From: a bacterium
Lineage (GTDB): Bacteria; Zixibacteria; MSB-5A5; WJJR01
NCBI GenBank assembly: GCA_035559435.1
Contig: DATMBC010000103.1
Span: 11,693-75,692, forward strand
Length of the DNA stretch: 64,000 bases
Reading direction: 5' to 3'
Of this stretch, positions 28,203 through 35,932 are shown piece by piece. The translations under genes were made by a program, and so were the position numbers. Under the pieces are notes generated by a model that was not told the DNA's origin, did not search any database, and was given only the letters and a program-made list of their open reading frames with translations. Position 1 is the first letter of the stretch, and each line of letters opens with the position of its first letter.

Positions 28203-29512
28203 ACCGCCTGCGTGGCGCCCGGATTGTCTTTGCCAAGGAGCTGGTCGATATCCTGCGCGACCGCCGCACCATCATCTCGATGGTGCTGGTGCCGATTCTC
28301 ATCTATCCGCTGATGGGGATGGGATTGGGTTCGGTCATCTCGTCGCAGATTGAGAAGACCAAGGCGGCCGATCATCTGATCCTGGCCCTCCCGCCGTCGG
28401 CCGGGGCGGCATCGCACGAGCTCTTTGCCGGGCTGCCACAAGTGAAGTGGATTGCGCCCGACACCGTGCGCGCCTTTCTGCTGGCCGACGCTCCGGAGGA
28501 CCGTGCGACGGTCGAGCAACTTCTGTCCGATGATCCAACCGTCGTTCCCGACTCGATTCGGGCGAGACTCTACTACCGCGCCATCGACGCCAAAGTCGTG
28601 CGGGCGGTTATCGAACTGCCGTCGGACATAAACACGCGCCTGACGGCCGGCGATTCGGCCGTGGTCCGCATCTTCTCCGATCAGGCCGACATCCGTTCCG
28701 ATGCCGCCGGCGAACATATCGAGGATTGGCTCTTGCGCGTGCGCGACTCGCTGGTCGCCGCGCGTCTGGCCGGAGTGGGGATGGACCAGAGCGCCCTGCG
28801 CCCGATCGTCCCCGCCGCCATCGACGTCGCGCCCCTGGCCAAACAGTCGGGCGTCTTCTTCGCCGCGCTTTTGCCCTACATGCTCGTCGTGCTGATGCTG
28901 ACCGGCGGGATGTACCCGGCGCTCGACATCACCGCCGGCGAAAAGGAACGCAACACGCTCGAGACACTTCTTGTCGCGCCGGTCTCACGCTGGGATCTGG
29001 CGGCGGGGAAATTCCTGACCGTGTTCACCGCCGGCATCATCACCATGTTGCTGTCGACCGCCTCGATGCTGGTGACCTTCAAGTTCGGGGCGGTGGGGTT
29101 CGGTGCCTCGGAGCCCGACCTCGAGATGGCCAAGGCGTTTTCGCTGTCGGGCGAGTCGCTGGCGTATATCATCCTGCTGATGATTCCCACCGCCGTGCTG
29201 TTTTCCTCGCTTCTGATCGCCGTGTCGATCGCCGCGCGCAGTTTCAAGGAGGGGCAGAGTTACACCACGCCGCTGCTATTGGGCGCGATCTTCCCGGCGA
29301 TGATCAGTCTGGTGCCCGGAATCGAATTGAACATCGGGTTGGCGCTGGTGCCGGTGGTGAACATCTCGCTGGCGCTGCGCGATGTCATCCTCGGCACCCA
29401 GAATCCGCTCCTGCTGGGATTGGTGTTTCTCTCCACTGTCCTGTATGCCTTCTTCGCGCTGTTTGTCACCACGCGGCTGTTTGAGCGCGAGTCGATCCTG
29501 TTCCGCACCTGA
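28199..29512 (+). CDS. ABC-2 type transporter permease with a large extracytoplasmic domain
   Basis: N-terminal TM, a ~200-aa loop, then 5 TM segments. Its start overlaps the ATPase stop (ATGA). Confidence 0.75.
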   Translation: MNRLRGARIVFAKELVDILRDRRTIISMVLVPILIYPLMGMGLGSVISSQIEKTKAADHLILALPPSAGAASHELFAGLPQVKWIAPDTVRAFLLADAPEDRATVEQLLSDDPTVVPDSIRARLYYRAIDAKVVRAVIELPSDINTRLTAGDSAVVRIFSDQADIRSDAAGEHIEDWLLRVRDSLVAARLAGVGMDQSALRPIVPAAIDVAPLAKQSGVFFAALLPYMLVVLMLTGGMYPALDITAGEKERNTLETLLVAPVSRWDLAAGKFLTVFTAGIITMLLSTASMLVTFKFGAVGFGASEPDLEMAKAFSLSGESLAYIILLMIPTAVLFSSLLIAVSIAARSFKEGQSYTTPLLLGAIFPAMISLVPGIELNIGLALVPVVNISLALRDVILGTQNPLLLGLVFLSTVLYAFFALFVTTRLFERESILFRT

Positions 29513-29531
29513 AGCCCGTCCGGAAACAGGA

Positions 29532-29556
29532 AGCCCCGCGCCGGATGCGCGGGGCT
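29532..29556. terminator. Perfect 10-bp GC hairpin between the convergent ABC-2 permease and DUF1573 genes
   Basis: AGCCCCGCGC-cggat-GCGCGGGGCT. Confidence 0.35.
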
Positions 29557-29578
29557 GTGACGTCTGGCCGGCCGTGGG

Positions 29579-30397
29579 CTAATTCGCCGATGAGGTCGGC
29601 GTGGGACCCCAGCGTTTCTGCTTCTGGATGGGGATCGTGAACCGCGTTGATGCCGTGTCGGAGACCTGCACGGTGAACGATTTGCTCACTATCTCGCCGG
29701 CAATCGCTCCGGCGTACTCCACCCGGATCGTCTCCTCACCGCCGGGGGCGATCGGTCCGCCGGGCAGTTGGATGGTGAACCATTCATGCGGCGCCGACAC
29801 CAGCGCCAGCGAAACCGGCTCGGCGGAAGTGTTGCGCACCTTGACCTCGATCCCGCCGCCGCCGGTCTGTGTGACCGAATCGAGATCAACCAGCGACGGA
29901 ATGAAGGTGACCGGCGCCAGCGAATCGATCCGTGGCGTCGGGTAGGCGTTGAACGAGATCGAGGGCACATTCCCCGCCACATCGGAGACGATGGTCGCGC
30001 TCTTGCGGGTCTGGCTGCTGTACATGCCGGTGGAGAAGATCACTTCCACGTCGGTCGAATCCCCCGGCGCCAGCACCTTCTTTTTCAGCGGCGCCTTCGT
30101 GCAGCCGCAACCCGGACGGACATCGCTGATGTGCGCGGTGTCGGGCCCGGCGTTGCGGATCCAGTAGACATGGCTGATTTTCGTCTTCTGGGGGGTGTAG
30201 CCGAAATTAAACTCGCTGTCGGAGAGCTCCAGTCGCGCGTTGCTGGTCTTGCGCTCGGCCGGCGGCGGCGCGCCTTCCCTGCGTCTCACGATGGACGGGA
30301 GCGAGTCGGTGGCATGCGGCGGCGTCTTGGCCTCCTGGGCCGTGACGGTCCCCGCCGCCACAAGCGAGGCCGCCAGTACGGTGAGCGAACGGCGCAT
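29579..30397 (-). CDS. Secreted DUF1573 domain protein (paralog 1)
   Basis: Signal peptide; 'FNFGYTPQKTKISHVYWIRNAGPDTAHISDVRPGCGCTKAPLKKKVLAPGDS' with the conserved CGC motif. Confidence 0.8.
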   Translation of the reverse strand: MRRSLTVLAASLVAAGTVTAQEAKTPPHATDSLPSIVRRREGAPPPAERKTSNARLELSDSEFNFGYTPQKTKISHVYWIRNAGPDTAHISDVRPGCGCTKAPLKKKVLAPGDSTDVEVIFSTGMYSSQTRKSATIVSDVAGNVPSISFNAYPTPRIDSLAPVTFIPSLVDLDSVTQTGGGGIEVKVRNTSAEPVSLALVSAPHEWFTIQLPGGPIAPGGEETIRVEYAGAIAGEIVSKSFTVQVSDTASTRFTIPIQKQKRWGPTPTSSAN

Positions 30398-30508
30398 TAT
30401 GAAATCCTTTCTCCACGAGAGCGCAGTCGGGCTCTCGGGCGGTCAACAAAAGCCCCGATGCCGAGTGGGTCGGCACCGGGGCGGATCGTTCCAATCGGGC
30501 AGATCGTG

Positions 30509-31276
30509 TTAGGGCGATGTGGGAGCCGGCCCCCAGCGCATGGCTTTGGAGATCGGCACGGTGACACGGGTGCGGGCCGAGTCGGACGCTTCCAGAGTGA
30601 ACGACTTGTTGAAGAGTTCGTCGGCAATGTCCCGGTCCACCTTGACCTTGATGGTCTTTTCGTCGCCGGGGCTGATGAAGCCGCCCGGCAGATCGACATG
30701 CACATACTCGCTCGGCAAGGACACCAGCGACAGTTGCAGTTCCTCGCTGGAGGCGTTCTTGACGGCCAGTTTATACTCCCACGGGTTCTCCTGCTCCTCC
30801 GGCCGCAGGGAATCGAGCTTGATCTGCGGCGGGTTGACGTAGAAAACCGTCAGCGAATCCGTGAACTTCACCGGGTGGGCCGTGATCGACAGGGCCGGCG
30901 CCATGCCCGGCGCGTTGCAGATGATGCTCGCGCTTTTGCTGGTGCGCGAACTGTAGTGCCCGGTGTTGAAGATGATCTCGACGTCTGTGCTGTCACCGAC
31001 AGCAAGCACCTTCTTTTTCAAAGGCGCCTTTGTGCATCCTCACCCAGGGCGAACGTCGGTGATACGCAACGTATCGGCTCCGACGCTTTTCAGCCAGAAG
31101 ACGTGCGAGATGCTCGCCCCCTGCGGGACATACCCAAAGTTAAAGGCAACCTCGGGCACTTCCAGGCGCGGCTGATTCGGTTGGGCCGGGGTGGCGGGCG
31201 CCGGCTGCTGGGCACGTGCCGCCAGGGTCGCCAGCAACACGATCGCCGCTACTCCGGTAATTCGTTTTCTCATCAT
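30509..31276 (-). CDS. DUF1573 domain protein (paralog 2), interrupted by an in-frame TGA exactly at the first Cys of the conserved CGC motif; candidate selenocysteine recoding, or a nonsense pseudogene
   Basis: The reverse-strand reading gives ...LRITDVRPG-[TGA at 31040..31042]-GCTKAPLKKKVLAVGDSTDVEIIF..., which aligns codon-for-codon with paralog 1 'RPGCGCTKAPLKKKVLAPGDS'. The ORF track splits this into 31040..31276 and 30509..31021. Confidence 0.6.
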
Positions 31277-31392
31277 CGGTTGTCCTCACTGGCCTGCGGC
31301 CAAAGTCGGGATATTATACACATCGGGTCCGGCTATCGCAAACCGGAACGCTGCTAAGACGGCCCCTTGTTGTCAGGTGTTAACGACCGATT

Positions 31393-32109
31393 TCATTCCC
31401 GCTTGATGCGGGTGATCGGGACGGTGACACGGGTCTTGGCGGGATCGCTGGCTTCCAGCGTAATCGATTGCGAAAACGAATCCGGGGCGGAAGCGCTCAA
31501 AGTGAGGCCGATTTCCTTGCTCTCCTCGGGTTGCAAGGATATCTCTTTGACGTCCAAGCGGATATGCGGTCCGGGCGCATTGATCACCCGCAACGACACC
31601 GGCTCGTTTGAGACATTCTTTGCGGCAATACGGGCCTCGGTTTTACCGGCCAGATCGACAATCGCCGGGCTCACCGAAAAGACCGGTGTGGGCTCGTCGG
31701 GCTTGAGCACATGTGACCTGAAGGTCAGCGCCGGGACCCGACCGGTGGCATTCGAGATAATCCGGGTGAACTTCTCGACTTTGCCAGTCATGTTGCGCGA
31801 TCCGAATAGGATCTCGACCGGCACCGAGTCGCCCACCTCGACCAGCGAATCGGTCAGCGGGGCGGTGGTGCAGCCGCAATTGGGCTGCAGCTTGGTGATC
31901 TCCACCCGATCCGTTCCGGTGTTGCGCAGCCAGTAGGTGTGAGCCACAATCGCGTTTTGCGGGACATAGCCGAAATCGAAGACCTCGGCATCGGCCTTCA
32001 GCCGTGGGCCGCTGGAACTGGGTGTCTGGGAGCAGGCCGGTGCCGCCAACAGGGCCGCGAGGCCGAAAGACAGGGCAGTATGGGTGGTCCAAGTCCGCTT
32101 CGACGTCAT
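31393..32109 (-). CDS. Secreted DUF1573 domain protein (paralog 3)
   Basis: 'FDFGYVPQNAIVAHTYWLRNTGTDRVEITKLQPNCGCTTAPL'. Start set at MTSKRT (signal peptide) rather than the longer ORF. Confidence 0.75.
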   Translation of the reverse strand: MTSKRTWTTHTALSFGLAALLAAPACSQTPSSSGPRLKADAEVFDFGYVPQNAIVAHTYWLRNTGTDRVEITKLQPNCGCTTAPLTDSLVEVGDSVPVEILFGSRNMTGKVEKFTRIISNATGRVPALTFRSHVLKPDEPTPVFSVSPAIVDLAGKTEARIAAKNVSNEPVSLRVINAPGPHIRLDVKEISLQPEESKEIGLTLSASAPDSFSQSITLEASDPAKTRVTVPITRIKRE

Positions 32110-32240
32110 AAGCTGTTTTGTTGCAAATGGTTGTCTTCGCACACGCCGACAAACCGCTGGTATTATACGCACCAAGGCAGACGAAGTCGCGCCAAGAAAA
32201 TGATAATGACTGGCGAATTTGTGGTTGGCGAATAAACAAA

Positions 32241-32254
32241 TGTTCAGTATCACA
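32241..32254 (+). promoter_or_regulatory. Candidate LexA operator (TGT-N8-ACA palindrome ends) 34 nt upstream of lexA
   Basis: aTGTtcagtatcACAt resembles the CTGT-N8-ACAG class. The cognate box for this lineage is unknown. Confidence 0.3.
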
Positions 32255-32287
32255 TGGCAGACCCGAAAAGGTCTTATGGAGGTCGCC

Positions 32288-32914
32288 ATGAATCGGCTCA
32301 AAGAGCCCCTGACGGAAAGCCAGCTGCGCGTCTACCAATTCATCCGCGATCACATCCAGTCGGAGGGACGTCCGCCGACGGTGCGCGAGATCGGTGAGGC
32401 GCTGGGGATCAGTTCGACCAACGGGGTGCGTGACGCGCTTCTGATTCTGGAGCGCAAGGGGTACATCCGCCGCGAAAAGAACCTGTCGCGCGCCATCGAG
32501 TTGACCGAAACGCCGGTGGCGGCCAACATCGAGTCGATTCCGATTGTCGGACGGGTCGCCGCCGGTCTGCCGCTTCTGGCGGTGGAAAATGTCGACGGCC
32601 ATGTGGCGATCGACCGCTCGTTTCTGCCGCGCGGCGAAGTCTTCTCGTTGCGCGTGACCGGCGAAAGCATGAAGGATGAAGGCATCCGCGATGGTGATCT
32701 CGTTTTGGTCAAGCGGCAGGATGTCGCCAACCGCGGCGATATCGTCGTGGCGGTGATCGGCGAAGAGGCGACGGTCAAGAAGTTCTATCCCGATCGCCAT
32801 CGTGTCCGTCTCGAGCCGGCCAACGACGCCTTTCAGACAATCGTCGTCGATAAAAACGCCCCCGGCTTCTTCATCGCCGGCGTGGTGGTGGGGCTGTTGC
32901 GGCGGATTGCATAA
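32288..32914 (+). CDS. lexA: LexA repressor (S24 peptidase)
   Basis: N-terminal wHTH 'LTESQLRVYQFI...PTVREIGEALGISSTNGVRDALLILERKGYI'; cleavage site 'VAAG'; catalytic 'GESM' Ser and a Lys in 'VVAVIGEEATVKKF'. Confidence 0.9.
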   Translation: MNRLKEPLTESQLRVYQFIRDHIQSEGRPPTVREIGEALGISSTNGVRDALLILERKGYIRREKNLSRAIELTETPVAANIESIPIVGRVAAGLPLLAVENVDGHVAIDRSFLPRGEVFSLRVTGESMKDEGIRDGDLVLVKRQDVANRGDIVVAVIGEEATVKKFYPDRHRVRLEPANDAFQTIVVDKNAPGFFIAGVVVGLLRRIA

Positions 32915-32965
32915 CGGCCGTTGAATTGCAACATCTCGAAACTCTCATTCTTCGCGGTTGATCTG

Positions 32966-32994
32966 AAGGGTGCGTGCGCTCTTTGTACGCACCC
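32966..32994 (+). terminator. Hairpin after lexA (9-bp stem, 11-nt loop)
   Basis: AGGGTGCGT-gcgctctttgt-ACGCACCCT. Confidence 0.3.
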
Positions 32995-33024
32995 TGCGGA
33001 TGAGGGGGTTCTGGTGAGCGCCGG

Positions 33025-33795
33025 ATGAAGAATACGGTACTCGGCGTAGCGCGGTTGTTGACTGCAGCAATCGTAGTCTTGATTGCGCCGTCAGCGTGCT
33101 TGTCTCAAGCAAAGGCAAGTGAGGCAGGCGCCAGCCAGAAGATCTGGCGTTTCGCGGTTGTGCCGGAGTTCTATGTCGGTTGGGGTATTGCAGACGATCT
33201 ATCTGAGACCAACCAGAGTATATCGGATCGAATCCATCTTGGACGGGGCGCAAACAAGTTCGCGGTGCGCGGACGACTACTCCTGAAGCAAGTCAGAGTC
33301 TGGTATCTAATGGATCTGATTTCAAAGGGCAGTTCGGGCGCTCCTGATAGCCTTGGTCTGTACTATGCCGCCGAGTCATTCTCATACCAACTTCTCGCTG
33401 GGCACTATTTCGACATCATTCATGATCGACTCGGTTTTGAGCCTTTGGTCGGCTACGGAATACGCAATGACAAAGCACGGGCATTTGACGAGTCATCCGA
33501 CGATGACCTATATGTGGAAAAGCAGCACGGAAAGGGGCTAGTTCTCGGTTCATGCATGAATGTGGACTTGACGGAGCGGGTGCTGGTGCGCACCCTGTTC
33601 ACCTACGCCGAGCTCCCAAGCATTGATCGCCGTCTAAAGATCGAAGTACTCGCTGCGCTGCCTCCAGAGGAGGGGATCAACCGACCGCTCATCGAGCGAT
33701 CGGCATTGGTAACCGGAATGCATTTCAATTGGATTGATCGCACGAGGGCGGAAAGGATTTGGTACTTCGGACTGATTTTGTTTGTCGAGTATTAG
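33025..33795 (+). CDS. Hypothetical secreted protein, possibly a small outer-membrane beta-barrel, in a low-GC islet
   Basis: Signal peptide 'MKNTVLGVARLLTAAIVVLIAPSA'. Alternating hydrophobic pattern and a C-terminal '...ILFVEY' aromatic terminus. GC content about 52%. Confidence 0.5.
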   Translation: MKNTVLGVARLLTAAIVVLIAPSACLSQAKASEAGASQKIWRFAVVPEFYVGWGIADDLSETNQSISDRIHLGRGANKFAVRGRLLLKQVRVWYLMDLISKGSSGAPDSLGLYYAAESFSYQLLAGHYFDIIHDRLGFEPLVGYGIRNDKARAFDESSDDDLYVEKQHGKGLVLGSCMNVDLTERVLVRTLFTYAELPSIDRRLKIEVLAALPPEEGINRPLIERSALVTGMHFNWIDRTRAERIWYFGLILFVEY

Positions 33796-33820
33796 GCCTG
33801 TTCTCAGAATGTGGGCAGGC

Positions 33821-33849
33821 AGCCCTGATGCGTTCATTGCATCAGGGCT
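33821..33849 (+). terminator. Perfect 11-bp hairpin after the 33025..33795 gene
   Basis: AGCCCTGATGC-gttcatt-GCATCAGGGCT. Confidence 0.3.
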
Positions 33850-34009
33850 TGCGGTAGCCCGTTCAGTCCGCCGCACAAAGAGCGAGTCAGGGCACCAAAT
33901 GATTGCAATCTGTCTACCGGAATGAAGTCCTTCATGCGGGATGGACACTGTCGCGCCTGACCGATTAGACATCAATAGCCACGACAGCGGGGAGAAGAGG
34001 TGAGGTTGG

Positions 34010-34258
34010 TTGTACCACGACCTCGATGAGCCGGTCGATGTGATCGCGATCTTTGAGAAGGGCCAGCTCCGGCCGATCCGGTTTCGCTGGAAGGGGCAAA
34101 CCTACAAAGTCGCGCGCGTCACCGGGCGCTGGAAAGCCCCGAAGGGCGAGGCTTGGGTGCGCCACTTCTCGGTGGTCGACACGCAGGACAATGTCTTCCA
34201 GTTGGTCTACGACGAACGCCGGACCGATTGGTCGATTTGCAAGGTGTGGGTGGAATGA
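34010..34258 (+). CDS. Small hypothetical protein (82 aa, Trp/Tyr-rich)
   Basis: TTG start preceded by GGAGAAGAGG. Protein-like composition 'IRFRWKGQTYKVARVTGRWKAPKGEAWVRHF'. A 15-bp perfect hairpin follows immediately. Confidence 0.4.
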   Translation: MYHDLDEPVDVIAIFEKGQLRPIRFRWKGQTYKVARVTGRWKAPKGEAWVRHFSVVDTQDNVFQLVYDERRTDWSICKVWVE

Positions 34259-34270
34259 CAAAGATCCCAT

Positions 34271-34303
34271 GCCCCCGCGATGCACGATGTGCATCGCGGG
34301 GGC
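34271..34303 (+). repeat. Perfect 15-bp inverted repeat with a 3-nt loop
   Basis: GCCCCCGCGATGCAC-gat-GTGCATCGCGGGGGC. Confidence 0.6.
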
Positions 34304-34386
34304 CTGGGATGACGGAGTATTGTGAGAATGCAGGAATGGGCGGGAAAGCGGGCTTGTTGGGTGGGCGAAGAAGAGCAGGCTCGGCA

Positions 34387-34443
34387 GGAGCCTCGCCCTC
34401 CCAAGAAGAAAAATGCCAGGCCGGGATGGGAGGGCGAGCCTCC
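34387..34443. repeat. Imperfect 16-bp inverted repeat with a 25-nt A-rich spacer
   Basis: GGAGCCTCGCCCTCCC...aagaagaaaaatgccaggccgggat...GGGAGGGCGAGCCTCC (one mismatch). Confidence 0.5.
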
Positions 34444-34500
34444 CGGCGAGCCGCCGCGGGATGATGCATTGGATACTTGATTCTTGCAGGTGAATGACGA

Positions 34501-35760
34501 ATGTCCGAACGATTGACCGCGTTTCCTGTGCATCAGGCGCGCCATGTCGGCGGGACGGCGGAGGCCGCGCGGCGGATCATGCACATCGACATGGACGCCT
34601 ACTTCGCGGCGCTGGAGCAACGCGCCAATCCGAAGTTGCGCGGACGTCCGGTGATCGTCGGCTCGACCAGCCCCAGCCGCGGCGTGGTCTCGACCGCCTC
34701 GTATGAGTCGCGCGCCTACGGCATCCGCTCGGGCATGTCCTCCGCCGAGGCGCACCGTCTCTGCCCCGACGGCATCTTCATCGGGGTCGATCCCGATCAT
34801 TACGTCACCGTCTCCGCCGAACTGATCCGCATCTTCAACGAGTTCGCGCCGAAAGTCGAGGCGGTCTCGGTCGACGAGGCCTTTCTCGATGTCACCGGCT
34901 GCGGTGCGCTTTTCGGCGGGGAAGAGGCGCTGGCGCAGAAGTTGAAGGAACGCATCCGCGCGACGTTGTCGCTGTCGTGTTCGATCGGCATTGCCCCGAC
35001 ACGGGTGCTGGCCAAACTGGCCTCATCGGTCTTCAAGCCCGACGGCCTGACCATCATTCATCCGCCCGATATCGCCACCGTGCTCTATCCGTTGCCGGTG
35101 GACAAACTCTGGGGGATCGGGCCGGTCGCGACCGGGATCCTCGTCCGCGCAGGCATCCGCACCGTCGGCGATCTCGCCCGCGCCGATCTCAAACACCTCC
35201 GCCGCCTGCTGGGACAGACCGGCACGCTGATGGGACAGTTGGCGCGTGGCAACGAACAGACCCCGGTGCTCAACCCCGAGCAGCAGCCCGAGGAAAAATC
35301 GATCGGGCATGAACGCACCTTTCCGCGCGACTCGGCCGATCCTGATTTCCTGCAGGCCACCCTGCATTATCTGGCCGATCTGGTCTCGCGACGCATGCGG
35401 CGGCTGGGGTTCCGTGGACGCACCATCACCGTGCGCATTCGCCATGCCGATTTCACCACGTTGACCCGCCGCAACACGCTGGAGACCGCCACCGACAACC
35501 TCGCGGTGATCTACAAACGCGCCGCCGCGATTTTCCAAGCGCACTGGGATGAACGCACCCCGATCCGTCTGTTGGGCATTTCGGTTTCACAACTGGAGCA
35601 TGTCGATGATTTGTCGGGGCAAACCGATCTGTTTGCCGATGCGGAGTGCTCGCGCGAAGGGACGCGACGGCGTCTGGATGCTATTGTCGATCAGATTCGC
35701 GACCGTTTCGGTGAAGATTCGATTCAGGGGGCATTTTCCTATCTGGGCATCGACGGGTAA
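34501..35760 (+). CDS. dinB: DNA polymerase IV (Y-family)
   Basis: 'RRIMHIDMDAYFAALEQRANPKLRGRPVIVG...VVSTASYESRAYGIRSGM' aligns with E. coli DinB 'MRKIIHVDMDCFFAAVE'. Alternative starts are 34528 (GTG) and 34579 (ATG). Confidence 0.85.
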   Translation: MSERLTAFPVHQARHVGGTAEAARRIMHIDMDAYFAALEQRANPKLRGRPVIVGSTSPSRGVVSTASYESRAYGIRSGMSSAEAHRLCPDGIFIGVDPDHYVTVSAELIRIFNEFAPKVEAVSVDEAFLDVTGCGALFGGEEALAQKLKERIRATLSLSCSIGIAPTRVLAKLASSVFKPDGLTIIHPPDIATVLYPLPVDKLWGIGPVATGILVRAGIRTVGDLARADLKHLRRLLGQTGTLMGQLARGNEQTPVLNPEQQPEEKSIGHERTFPRDSADPDFLQATLHYLADLVSRRMRRLGFRGRTITVRIRHADFTTLTRRNTLETATDNLAVIYKRAAAIFQAHWDERTPIRLLGISVSQLEHVDDLSGQTDLFADAECSREGTRRRLDAIVDQIRDRFGEDSIQGAFSYLGIDG

Positions 35761-35932
35761 CCTGTCCGATTTTGTCGTCGGGCTGTCAGATTCGGACCGA
35801 ATCACGGCTTCCTTTTTCCCGGCAGGACGTATACTTCGGTGGAGAGGTGTGCCTTGGATTCACGGGCGACGTTTATCAGACCGTACCGGCTAATACGTTG
35901 ACTGAAAGCACCTTAAACAGGTAGATTGGGCC

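Noticed and set aside
30509-31276. Treating the TGA-split DUF1573 gene as two independent genes (31040..31276 and 30509..31021)
   Set aside because: The two pieces align codon-for-codon with single intact paralogs. The downstream piece lacks its own signal peptide and uses a TTG 'start' inside the conserved motif.
29768-31357. 529-aa + strand ORF spanning the DUF1573 region
   Set aside because: Antisense to two DUF1573 genes whose products align with each other. No motifs.
31643-32800. 385-aa minus-strand ORF across lexA
   Set aside because: lexA on + has its HTH, AG cleavage site and Ser-Lys dyad. This is a shadow ORF.
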